Source: Phyllobates terribilis (taxonomy: Eukaryota). Taken from it: a stretch of DNA of 64,000 nt. Of this stretch, positions 1 through 11,047 are shown piece after piece (within the stretch, counting starts at the first letter, position 1; the number at the start of each line of letters is the position of its first letter). The position numbers and the translations under genes are program-made. The DNA lies in contig NW_027362762.1 of the NCBI RefSeq assembly GCF_046119375.1, positions 639,406,001-639,470,000 of the forward strand, given 5' to 3'. The notes under the pieces were generated by a model. That model saw nothing but the letters and a program-made list of their open reading frames with translations. It made no database searches and was not told the origin of the DNA.

Positions 1-1424
1 AAGCAGAAGAGGTGTTGGGAATGTCACGAGTAGCAGAAGGCTTGCAGGGTTGTGGTCCAGCAGGCACTAAGGTGCAGCGAATCTGTTTGTGAAACTGTTT
101 AACCTCATATACCTTTGCAAAAGTTCTCAGGTCTCCTGTCTGGAGGAGTTGTAAGAATTGTCAGAAGTCTGGCCCATCCTCTAATAAGGAGCAGAGAAGA
201 TGAGATAAGACACGCAGGGCCACGTCACATGGGATTATCTCACTGAGAGGCTATGTTCACATGTTGCGTAACTTTTGCTGTGTTTTTTATTCAAATTAAA
301 AGGCTGCTTTTCACGGTATCAGCAAAGTTAAAAGATTTCAGAAATATAATTCACAGGCTTGTTTTTTTCCACAACTATATTGGAAAACTGCTGCGTTTTT
401 TAAAACTGCAGCATGTCAATTCTTTCAGCATTTTTTCATCCATATAAAGCAATCAGTTTTTGTAGTGATTTTGTTTGAAAAAAATATATACAGGTACAGC
501 AAGATGTGAAACACATTTATTTTGGGGATTTTCTTAAATTTGTGTCTTGGTATCCTCAAATGAGCATGGTTGTTAGTATTAGTACAGTTTACTTTAACAC
601 ATACCACAAATTTAATTAAACAATGTCTGACCAACTCAATGCCCTACCAATGTGTGAGTGTCCTACCAATGTCTGAAAGTAAACAATGCCCTACAAATGT
701 GTTAGGTTAAAAGTGGGCACCACACAGCCAGTACCACGTACAGTGGGAACCATGCGGATGGTAGCTTGATCCAATCACTGCTGGTTAACCATTAAATGGC
801 ACTGTAACCCCTGACAGGCATTTATGTGGCACAGTCCTGGGGCCGTCTCCGTTCCTTCCCCATGATCCGATATCGGAGAGCTGATGTGCCACCATGGCAG
901 CTGGGGCCCTGCTGATGCCACTGTTGCCGCCTTCTTGATACTCGTGTACAGCTGAGCCACAAGGGCCACATACGAGGCCGTGATCGCCACATACTGAAGT
1001 CCCGCACTATATACAACATTTCATGAGCACAGATGGAAGGGATAGAAAAGTAAGTAATAAATTCCCACCGCCTCCATTTTCCTTGTTTAAAAATCCCCAA
1101 GTTATGAAAAATAAGAAGAATATCTGGTAACACTGAGCAAAACCATTCCCAGGACCCCGGAGTAGTGGCCCGGCTACTGCCTCACTAGCTGCCGGCATCC
1201 CTGGAGCCTCTTAGGACTAGTAGGCCAGAACAGCCATTGCAGAGACCCGGGGGTGGAGCAGGTAGGGGGGCTGGCATGGAGCCTCTACAGCACGGCCCTG
1301 ACACTATTTTGCCCAATGCTAATATCTGGCATCACATATAAAGCCTCATGTAGCAGAATAACACCAGTAGGCGGTGCTGACACCCACGATTGTTTGCTGT
1401 GGATGTACAGTGTGAACGGAGCCG

Positions 1425-1780
1425 CTGAGCGCAGATCTGGGGGCGGAGTTGCGGCCGCTGCCGGGAACCACTGCTTTGTGCGCTGCAGTAACCACGGGAG
1501 GCCAGCAGAGGCCGCCACAGCCTGAGCGAGGCCCAGCAGCTCCAGTGTAAAATGACAGCTTATCTGTGAGGAGTCGGGTGGGAGTTGTAGTCCCACACGC
1601 TGCAGACCTCTGCTGCATAGAGTGGTGGGCACGTACAGGCAATCCCCCCGGTAATCCCCCCTCACCAGTCAGGACGCGTCTATCTCCTGCCGACAAGTTT
1701 CCACCTACGGCCCGCGCGCTGCTGCTTAGGAAACGGGGAGGGGCTTACATCCAGCCAATAGCTGCGGCCCATTTTTTCTC
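1425..1780. promoter_or_regulatory. CpG-rich promoter-like patch with ZNF143/THAP11 (ACTACA) motif, GC box and CCAAT box (one per unit)
   Basis: TGGGAGTTGTAGTC at 1579-1592 (reverse complement GACTACAACTCCCA, matching ACTACAnnTCCCA). GGGGCGGAG at ~1440. AGCCAATAG with CCAAT at 1755-1759. Locally high CpG density. The U2 copy (18249-18604) lies about 2 kb upstream of the copy-1 ATG on the minus strand. Confidence 0.6.
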
Positions 1781-1969
1781 TCGTCTCAATAGACTTTATT
1801 GTACAAGACAATGAGAACATTATTCTGGAAGAGGAGATACAAAAATACACTGAGCCTATGGGGGTGACTGGCAGGGCGGGGGCCCAGAGAGTTGCCTGCT
1901 GTGGCACAGGTCAGGGAAGGAAGGTGCACGCTTCTATGGGGGGCACACATTCTCCCCCAGAATGCCTCA

Positions 1970-4094
1970 GGCCTCTTTCACACGTCAGTATTTCCGGTAC
2001 GAGTGGTGACAGTTTCCACACATACCGGAGACACTGACACACGTAGACCCATTCTAATCTATGGTCTGCGCTCATGTCAGTGCGTTTCCACGGACCGTAT
2101 GTCCCACACATAGACATGTCCGTTTTTGGCCGGCAGCACGGGTCACACGGACCCATTCAAGTCAATAACTCCGTGTAAACACGTACCGCACATGGATTTC
2201 TTCTGTGTGACACGTACCGGCACCTGAGAATCAGCGTACAGTTAGCGCTGTTCCCGAGCGCTGGGTGCTGAACGCTGCCCTCATCATGGTTCCCTGCGAT
2301 CAGCACCAACAGGGACAATGATGAGAGTAGTAGTGTCTGCTCCCGCAGTGTCCAACTGTAAAAATAAGAACAAAATTTAAATTACTCACCTGTCCTAAGT
2401 GTCCCCTGCTGTAATCCATCCCTGCAGTGAGCGGGCCCCGCAGCTGTGCTCTGCGAGTGACAGGATAGCGCTCAATGAGCTCAGCGCAGCTTCGGGGTCC
2501 ACTCACTGCAGGAGTCAGTCTCCTCGGTGTGAGCGATCGTATGGATTACAGCGGGGGACACTTAGGATTTTATTCTTATTTCTACACCAGGTCACAGCGG
2601 GAGCAGAATACTTCTCTCCTCATTGTCCCTGCTGGTGCTGATTGCAGCGCAAGCAGGGGACAATGATGAGGGCAGTGTTCGGCACTTGGAAACAGCGCTA
2701 ACTGTACCACTGATTCCCAGGCGTCAATACATGTGTTCCTGATGCGGCACATGGTTGCCACGTGTATGTGTGGCGCCCCTGAGGGTACAGTCGCCACAGA
2801 GGTATTGCATCTCACCCAGAGGTGTGGTATCCCACTCTCAGGTAAGGATAGAGTGCTGCCCAGGACCCTAACACCTGCATCCAACACGTCCACTTCAGTA
2901 GGGCAGGGCGAGTTTGCTCCTAAGGGAGAGCACAGTCCCTGGTCCCTGGCTGGAGTGGAGGGGAACCAAGTGAGGGGGAACCATATAGTGGGTGTGGGTG
3001 GAGGACGTAGTTTAGGGAAGCACTTCAGTAGCTGTATAAAAAGGGGAGCCATCTTAGGCAGACAAGCCAGTCAGAGGAGGAGAAGTGAAAGGATCAGGGG
3101 CTCTGCAGGAGCTCTGCTCGGGAGGCGGGCCTAGCCCGAGAGGCCCAGGACTGAGAGAGGAGAGGGAGCAGGAGAAAGGCTCCAGGAACAGAAGGGATCC
3201 CAGGGGTAAGGGAAGTGCTGGAGGCCACTCGTACGCCCAAATCTGCCAGGCGGTGGAGGGATCGAGCCGCAGAGGGGACCGGCCCCTAAACTAGTGGAGA
3301 ACTACAAGGCTCAGCTAGGAACCGGAGGCTGCTGTACTTGTAAGGTGCAGTGGCCACATCCGCAATTATATCGCTGAAAAGGTGGCCACAGAGGGTCCAG
3401 GGGACTGCAGGTCGCCCGACAAGACCCGAGGCTACCAGATTGGGACACTGGTTGCGAGGCGCAGGGCAGGAGGGCGAGAGCCAGCGCAGGAAGACGACTG
3501 AGGAAGGCACATAGAAAGGGGTCCTGTCAGGCACTCTTGAATTACCTGAGGGATTGCTGAACCCCTGCCTGGTGAACGCAGCACGACGTGGGAGGTTGTA
3601 GTCTGGAACCTGTAACCTGAGGAACTTAATAACTGTGAATAAACTCGGAAGACTGCACCCCCCTCTCTCTGTGATTATTATGTGCGCCATCACCCCTGCA
3701 CTACAACGCCCAGCATCATCTGCATCACCTACAACATCTACACTGCCCTCGAGCTAAGCTCTGCCTGTGGAGAGCTGAACCAACCCTGCTGCACTAACAT
3801 CAGCTCCAGAGGTTCTGCACCGCAGCTGCGGCTCCACATAGCCGCATACCACAGGTGGCGTCACAAACTATATATATAAAAACTATAAATCCCCTGTAAA
3901 TATCCCGCTTTTGATTGACCGCTCTGGGTCACGGACCGGGTCACTGCGACTGTGACATCTCCCATAGCCACGACCGGCCCGGCACCGAGTACCCCACGGC
4001 CCCGGGGGCGCGTCATATGCCACACAGGTGCACCTGGATATCTTCGGTACTGTTTTTTTCCGGTACCGAAATATCAGGATGTGTGAAAGAGCCC
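1970..4094. mobile_element. Non-autonomous PIF/Harbinger-type element (foldback interior), interrupted by a solo LTR
   Basis: Terminal inverted repeats GGCCTCTTTCACAC / GTGTGAAAGAGCCC (13/14 match). 3-bp TSD TCA at 1967-1969 and 4095-4097. Internal inverted arms around 2225-2735. Copies at 18794-20918, 37269-39393, 55741-57865. Confidence 0.7.
2769..4015 (+). mobile_element. Solo LTR (1,247 bp), probably Ty3/Gypsy type
   Basis: TG...CA termini with short inverted ends (TGTGGCGCCCC / GGGGCGCGTCA). 4-bp TSD TATG at 2765-2768 and 4016-4019. TATA-like TATAAAA near 3035 and AATAAA near 3640. No internal coding region. Copies at 19593-20839, 38068-39314, 56540-57786. Confidence 0.8.
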
Positions 4095-5060
4095 TCAGTG
4101 TAATGTCTCCAATTTTCCACCAGCCATTCCAGCTCTTCATCTTCCCCACACAAATCCAGCTGCTGCCACTGCATTACATGTGGCTGCTGTGGGCCCATCA
4201 CTATCTGACAGTGTTCATCTGTGAAGATGGGAATAACCCTTTAAGGATTGTCATTCAAAGTCTATATAAAAAATGTTGCCACTTTTCATAGACGAGAATT
4301 ACTTGCCTCCAGTACTTTAGGCCACAGTTTGGATGCAGTCCCACAAAGCTACCGTCGGATGCCAGCAAATTGCAGTCAAGATCCGAAGTCACCGGAGTTG
4401 TCAGATTGATTGGTCATTATTAATGGGATTGTCCACTACTCAGACAACTCCTTCTCAATCACCATATTTTCTCATATAAAATAATAATAGCCTTTACTCA
4501 CATCCAGTGCCGGCGCCGTTAAAGTGACATCGGTGATGGTTCATAACTGATATCCAGAGGGAGTGAGAGAGTATCAGCAGCTCTCACTTATTCTGTGTGT
4601 CAGTTTCGTCTGAACTAAGTGAGCGTGAAGCGATCCATTATCAGTCGCTGATAGGCTGCTGGGCTCACGTAACATAACGTCACTATAGACCCAAGCCAGT
4701 AAGTACAGGCTGTTATTATTTTACACGGTGGAGTATTGTAATTAGGGGGGTGTTGCTAGCATCAAAGATCCGTGGCTCTGGCCCTACACTTCTTAGCCGG
4801 AACTCCGGATCACCTGTGACCGCCGCATTGAACTGTGTCAACATGATGCCTATACAGTTAAATCCCGTGATAGAGCAGGGAACAAAATATCCCTTCTCTA
4901 TTGCTGCCCATTTCCTAAGCCCCAGAGTGCTATAAGCCTGCAGCTCACGAGGCGCCACTTCTGCAGGTCCACTATAGAAGCCAGAAGCAGAGACACAGGC
5001 TGCGGTGCTGGGAGTCTGGATGAGGTGAGTATAATCTTTATTGTTTTTCATATTATTGCG

Positions 5061-5238
5061 TTGTGGGAGAACATTACCTGTATATTAGGGAGCTGTGGGA
5101 GACCATCGTCTATATACAGAGGGGGCTGTGGGAGACCATCAGTATACACAAGAGGCTGTGTGGGACCATGATAATGTATACAGAGGGGGCCATAGGAGAC
5201 CATCATCTGTATACACAGAGGGCTGTGGGAGACCATAA
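5061..5238. repeat. Degenerate ~33-35-bp minisatellite (gctgtgggagaccatcatctgtatacacagaggg-like)
   Basis: About five imperfect tandem copies of the ctgtgggagaccat core with tatacacagag spacers. Confidence 0.75.
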
Positions 5239-5904
5239 TTGTTATGCGCTTCGCAGAGGGACTCAGCAATACTGGTACAGAACCAGCAAAGGCGTGGCCA
5301 CAGATGCACTTGGCTCAAACTGCCCCGCTAGGCGAGCCCTTTAGGGTTGGGAGTACTCTTTTCCCAGCTCGCAGTAAATGGAAGAGGGACTTCGGCAGAG
5401 CCCTTCCCTAGGCCTACTGTTGCCAGACAGCTGGAATCTGGTGACGCAGCTGGTGACTAGTCAAGAACCAAGGTGAGTACCACTGCAAGAACCCGAGGAA
5501 GTAAAACCAGACGAGAAAATGAGAAAACCCCTGAAAAGTTAGCAAGACTAATGCTAGCACCACTCACCACCATGCACATAGGGAACTGAAATAAACAGCA
5601 AAGGACTGAGCAGGGAGCAGGGTTATATAGCCTGCTTAATGATCAGGTACTGAATACCTCCCAATTATCCCCAGACAACCACTTCCTGCTAGCTTCAACA
5701 GCCGACTGGACAAAATTTCACCATTGCTTAGTACAGGACAAAACAGCGTCCTGTGTTGCCTGGCAACCGGGGAAGACAGCGTCCCATCTTCCCTGGGAGA
5801 GAAATCAGGAAGAGAAAGGGATAAAAAAAAATCGGAGCATGATCTGACCACAATATATCTCCGATTGATGCCTCAGGGTGCCAGGACAAAGCATGATGAC
5901 TCAA

Positions 5905-6121
5905 AAGAAAAAAAGTCTATGCGACTGTATGAATTATTCACAGGTGAAAAATATGTATAATCCTTACTCCGAGGATTCATTATCTGCCACACATCTGTCA
6001 GTCGGAGGGAATGGAGGACCCGCTTGAGAGAACGCAGATGTCTTACTGGAACTATTCCCCTCCCAGAGGAAGAATCCTCCGGCAGATTAAAAGTGAACTT
6101 GAAGTCTCCACCTGCAATCAA
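5905..6121 (-). mobile_element. L1-clade LINE ORF2 endonuclease (APE) fragment
   Basis: Translation IAGGDF...LTDVWQIMNPRSKDYTYFSPVNNSYSRIDFF matches the L1 endonuclease motifs GGDFN and D-W...YT-F-S...YSRID. Short internal fragment only. Confidence 0.85.
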
Positions 6122-7202
6122 CGTGACGTACCCTCTGTAAAATTAGAGAGTGATGCTAGGAAGGAGCGGCAGGAAGAGATCTGACCCTTATTAGGAAGGT
6201 ACCAATTAGCTGTGGTATAAAATGAATTTGCAGTCTTTAATTTGTGAAATATGTATCTGCCTTGATCTTCTGTAAGTGTATCAATGAGAGAAAATCCTAG
6301 TGACTTATGGACTGCAATTGAAACACCATTAGATTTTTACTCTGCATTAGTACTATGGAACCAATTAGTGAAATATCTGTTCTTTATTTTAGGACTATGT
6401 TCAGATTTAAAGTGTGTCTCTTGTAATAAAAGAATATGAACCCTTTTTTATGCATAGTATAGAGGATCTGTGAGCGTTTTTGAGGAATATTAAAGCCTCG
6501 AACATTAAGTGAACTGATTTTAACAGAGGTCATATCTGGGACCAGGGAAAAAAGTAGGGAAAGTAAAAAAGGAGAGAAAAAAAGGAAAGAAGTAAGAAAA
6601 GAACAGAATCCCTAACCAATCAGGAATGACTCCCTCCAGAAACCAATGGAGAATAGTCTCCCTAACCACCAGGGAATTCCCCAAAAATGGAAAGACAATG
6701 GAGGGGAGAAAAAAAATTCCACATCCGTCCAGCACAGCATAGATCCCCTTAGCGGAAGCGAGCTTTCTAAAGAGGGTAACATCCCCCTTAGGGCCTAACC
6801 GCAGGCCCTATACAACATAAGAATAAAACACTTTAAGACGCATAAGATATTTAACTTGAATATATATATCCATATCATGTGTAGATATATACCAACCCAT
6901 ATACTGTATATCAGGGGTCTCAAACTCGGCTAAGTATATGGGCCGCACAGAAAAAATGTGAATTTGAAGGGCCACATTCATTGCAGAGTGATATTAAATT
7001 TTTAATGGTACCAAATTGTTTTTTCTATACACCTTTTGGATCATTTTTGGGCTTTTTTATTTTATTCTTTTACATGGCATTCATTTTATGGGCTATGGTA
7101 CAGTTTTACAGTTTTTACAATTTTTATTTCCCCTAATTGGTAACATACAGTGATTTGTGTTCTTACAATTTGCACCATATAGTAATTCTGACCAACTTCT
7201 CA

Positions 7203-7616
7203 TAGTAATGTCTCCATCGTGTAGTAGTTTCCCCATCTCGTGGTAATGTCCCCATCCTGGTCCCCATCTTGCAGTAATGTCCCCATCCTTGTCCGCATCT
7301 TGTAATAATGTCCTCCATCTTGGTCCCCATCTTGCAGTAATGTCCCCATCTTGTAATAATGTCCTCCATCTTGGTCCCCATCTTGTAGTAATGTGCCCAT
7401 TCTGGTCCCCATCTTGTAGTAATGTATCCATCTTGTAGTAGTTTCCCCATCTTGTAGTAATGTCCCCATCCTGGTCCCCATCTTGCAGTAATGTCCCCAT
7501 CCTTGTCCGCATCTTGTAATAATGTCCTCCATCTTGGTCCCCATCTTGTAGTAATGTGCCCATACCGGTCCCCATCTTGTAGTAATGTGCCCATACCGGT
7601 CCCCATCTTGTAGTCA
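7203..7616. repeat. Minisatellite of mixed ~19/31-bp units (ccccatcttgtagtaatgt core)
   Basis: Many tandem variants of (ggt)ccccatcttg(t/c)agtaatgt. It generates the spurious repetitive ORFs at 7093-7617. Confidence 0.9.
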
Positions 7617-8505
7617 TGTTACAACTGCCAGCAGGTTATAACAGCCCACCGAGTCCTGTGTCCTCCGGGGAAGTGATCCAGCCAACTCTCAGGTAACTTG
7701 AGTGCACTTGATCGGGACCCCATTCTTGTGTACCTTTCTCGGGTCGTCTCTCTCTGCGCTGGCTTTCGCCCTCCTGCCCTGCGCCTCACACACAGTGTCC
7801 CGAGCCAGTGGCCGCAGGCCTTGTCCTCTCTGTCCTATATGGCCACCTTTTCAGCGAATGTGTGTGGTTTTGGCTACGGCACTTAGAGATACCGCAGCCT
7901 CCGGTTTGCTAGTTGAGTCTTGCAGTCCTCCACTAGTCTGGGGCCGGTCCCCTACTGTGACCTGATCCCTTCTCCCGACTACGGTCGGTGTGAGTTCGGG
8001 CGCACGGGTGGACTCCGCACTTCCCGTGGCCCTAGGATCCCTTCTCTGTCTCTGGAGCCCTTCTCTGACTCCCTCGCTCCTCTCATTCTCTCTCCTACTG
8101 GGCCCCTCTAACTGGGTCCTCACTCTGTCTGGACCCTACTCCTCAATGGTCCTCACTCACTGGGCGCTTCTAGATGTTTCTACCTGTCTTTTTATACTGT
8201 CTGTCATGTGACCCACGTCACTAACTGTCACTCTACGTGGTCCCCTCTACCTTCAGTCATTCCTTGTGTGCTCCCTTAAACTACTTCCTCCACCCACTTC
8301 CTCTACCTAGTTCCCTCCTCCAGACAGGGACAGGGACTGTGCTCTCCCTCAAGAACAATCTCGCCCTTCCCTACTGGAGTGATGTGGTGTTGGATGTGGG
8401 TGTGTGGGTCCTGGGTAGTGCTCCCTCCTTACCCGAGAGTGGGGTACCACACCTCTGGCTGAGATGCAGTACCTCTGTGGCGACTGGACCCGCAGGGGCG
8501 CCACA
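7617..8505 (-). mobile_element. Truncated LTR of the same family as the solo LTR at 2769-4015, in inverted orientation
   Basis: The reverse complement starts tgtggcgcccctgcgggtccagtcgccacagaggtactgcatctcagccagaggtgtgg and aligns co-linearly with roughly the first 850 bp of 2769-4015. It stops at the minisatellite edge, with no clean TSD. Confidence 0.8.
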
Positions 8506-9289
8506 CTCACCTAAAGAGGGCACCAGGGCTGAAGATGATTTTAGCAACTGTATGGGAGACAAGAACCTGTTGGGCCTTATCCAATCTACCAGACTGTAAA
8601 TATTGTAATTACTCCTTTCCCCCAAGTAAAACCCCAGTTATGGTTAATAACTTTGTGTCCTCTGAAATTATGACTGCCCTGGTCCCAGAAGAGAAATGTC
8701 TGGAGACAGCCACGACCGGATGGTGTGAAGTAAGTGAAGAATGTCACATGCACTGCCACACATCAGAGGGAGGACACGAATTGTCTGCAAGGAGCCAAAA
8801 AGAGCAGGGGCCACAACTCGCCCACGACTACCTCGCTGGGGCACCTTACAGGCCAATGCTGGTCCTTAACTTGTAGAACATTCAACTGAAAAGAATCACG
8901 GATTTCGGCGGCCCTCAGAACCAGGTCGTAATCATTACGGGGGCTCCGGTGCCTGCTGGCCTCATTAAGCAGCCTCAGGGGCCGTATGCGGCCCTCGGGC
9001 CGCATATTTGAGTCCCTTGCTGTATATGAACATACATACAAGCAAACCTAGGCCTGTTACCAAACAGTGAACTTGAAACTAGATAGATGTTCTGAACTGA
9101 TTACTATAGAGGACTATCAACCTCCTATACAACATAGCTTATTCCTGTTTGAGAGGTATTGGAATGAAGAGGGAAATAAAAAATCACTCAAATACAAAAG
9201 ACCAATCAGTCGGGAGGAGAAGGGTCAGATTATCTCTAGAATTGTGACTCAATTTTTGCTGGGGACGAGGCACATCTTCCATCCCAGGG

Positions 9290-9620
9290 CCTACAGGTAG
9301 GTCTGGCCAGTCCGATGATGACACTGAAACAAGAGGCAAACCAAGTCCTGCAGTAAACGCCGTAAATCTCCCATGCAGAGCTGAACATGTAAAGTACCAG
9401 AATGACGTACTTGTAGACAGAAGGGAAAACCCCATGAATAAAGAATTTCTTGATGTCGCAATATGTCCAATAAAGGTCTCAGAGCTCTTCTCTTTTGTAG
9501 AGCGTGGTGTGATAGATCATGTTTAACATGTTCCTGGTAGGTTATAGAATCCATCCCACGGGCCTTATTAAGAATATTTTGCTTCACTTTATATCTTACA
9601 GACACGGCGATACCAATTAG
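9290..9620 (-). mobile_element. L1-clade LINE ORF1p C-terminal relic
   Basis: Translation KVKQNILNKARG...DLSHHALQKRRALRPLLDILRHQEILYSWGFPF resembles the vertebrate L1 ORF1p C-terminal domain (DLS..T..KRR..L...Y.WGFPF). Confidence 0.75.
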
Positions 9621-10980
9621 GTGTACTTTTTTGTTTAGTTTTTTTTAATTACAAACGCTGCGTTTTGAGTGCCAAAATGGTTTTTCGTGATTTGTGTACG
9701 TTTTTTTTTTTACATATTTTAACTTTTTTAAAATTTTTCCCTGTGGGACATGTATAATTTTTACTTTGATTTCTGGTCTCATACACTGCAGTGCATGAGA
9801 GCAGTCAGCGAGTCACTGACTCACCCTGTGAGACCCAGCTTATAGTTGGATCTCACAGGCCACCATACCCTGGGGTCATCACATGACCTCAGGGTAAAAT
9901 GGTAACCATTAAGATCCGCGATTCTCACTGCGAGGTTCCGACGGTTACTAAGAGGGTCTTGCAACATGCACAGCTGACACCCACAGAAACTGCAGCTGCC
10001 GGTATTTCCTTATTCCCAATCGCCGTTTTAAAATGGCGATCAGGAATAAGGCCCCTTAACAATCACCTTTTCTAATGCGTATCGGTGGTCATTAAGTCAT
10101 TAAGGTGTTAAAACCACATGTTATCTGGTTAAAGCCCTATGTCCCTAATTTATTATGGAGATTTTTGAGCCATTAGAAAATGATGTTTTTCATGCAAAAA
10201 CCACCTCAGAAAACTCCTTTTCTAGGAAGCTGTTGGAGCAGTTTCTCTCCTAAAGTATCTTTTGCAGCCTTTTGATATGACAAGGCCTAGTATGGAGCAG
10301 ATTCTGCAACAGAATGAGGGAAACAGATTAGGAAACAAGCGGTTAAGGCTCTCATAAGATGCTATTGGGTTCATGAACTTTTTTTGACTGGAGGTATAAT
10401 TTGTTGTATTGTATAATGGTACAGTAACAACTGCAACCAAAATAAGCTCTGCAGATAATGACCTCAATAAGCACAATCTGAACAAACAAAGAGGCAGTGT
10501 AAAGCATAAGGGATGGAAAGAGCAAAAGTCTGAATCACTCAGTCGGTGGATTTCACACTGTCTACTGCTCCAAAGGACAATGCAGCTAAGCTCCATTCAA
10601 TGATCACAGCTGAGTCCTAACAGACAGAAGTGTAACAACAAAGTAATAAACAAACATCCTTATTTTATTAATATACAAAACACAACTGAATAAAATAAAG
10701 CATTAAAGTGATACAAAATAACAAATAACTTTATGAACGGAACGCACCTCCCCGCATGAGTGTTAGAGCCCCCCATACACATTAGACTAACATCAGTCTT
10801 TACACCAATCCCATTAGAATTCCTCATTGCTACCAGCAAAATCTTTGGTTACAAATCACATAGCATTTACCCCCATAATAAATGGAAACATGCCAGCACC
10901 GAACTAATGCCAGAAGGGGGCACTAAAGCTGGCTTACCTTCAAACTTCTGTATTTTTATGAAACTTGGGAAAATAACGTT

Positions 10981-10986
10981 TTTATT
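10981..10986 (-). terminator. Candidate polyadenylation signal (AATAAA) of the CENP-A gene
   Basis: Plus-strand tttatt at 10981-10986 is AATAAA on the minus strand, about 60 nt past the stop codon. I saw no histone stem-loop, consistent with a polyadenylated variant histone. Confidence 0.5.
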
Positions 10987-11047
10987 CATGGGGACTTTTC
11001 ATTGGGAAGATTAACAACTTTGGAAATGATGATTGTAACATGACATA

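Larger units (their letters stand above)
6912..9019. mobile_element. Non-autonomous hAT element (2,108 bp) carrying a minisatellite and a nested LTR fragment
   Basis: TIRs CAGGGGTCTCAAA / TTTGAGTCCCTTG (11/13 match). Perfect 8-bp TSD CTGTATAT at 6904-6911 and 9020-9027. Copies at 25387-27494, 43862-45969, 60683-62791. Confidence 0.8.

Noticed and set aside
822-1010. GC-rich, coding-looking segment with a perfect Kozak (gccaccATGG at 894) and minus-strand ORFs
   Set aside because: The Kozak ORF is only 14 codons, and none of the frames I translated resembles a protein I recognise. A BLASTX or RNA-seq hit would be needed.
5240-5900. Possible third LTR (TG start, TATA and AATAAA-like words)
   Set aside because: I could not identify a matching CA end or a TSD.
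6861-6870. Tc1 excision footprint at the empty site
   Set aside because: The empty site is exactly one TA shorter than the joined flanks of the filled site and has no residual CAG/CTG, so it is the pre-insertion state.
7093-7617. Repetitive ORFs up to 174 aa, and a CRISPR-like look
   Set aside because: These are translations of a minisatellite. There are no unique spacers, no cas genes, and the context is eukaryotic.
10930-10940. Donor-like AAG/GTAAGC 110 nt after the stop (possible 3' UTR intron)
   Set aside because: It lies downstream of the candidate AATAAA, so it may not be transcribed. There is no way to support it from sequence alone.
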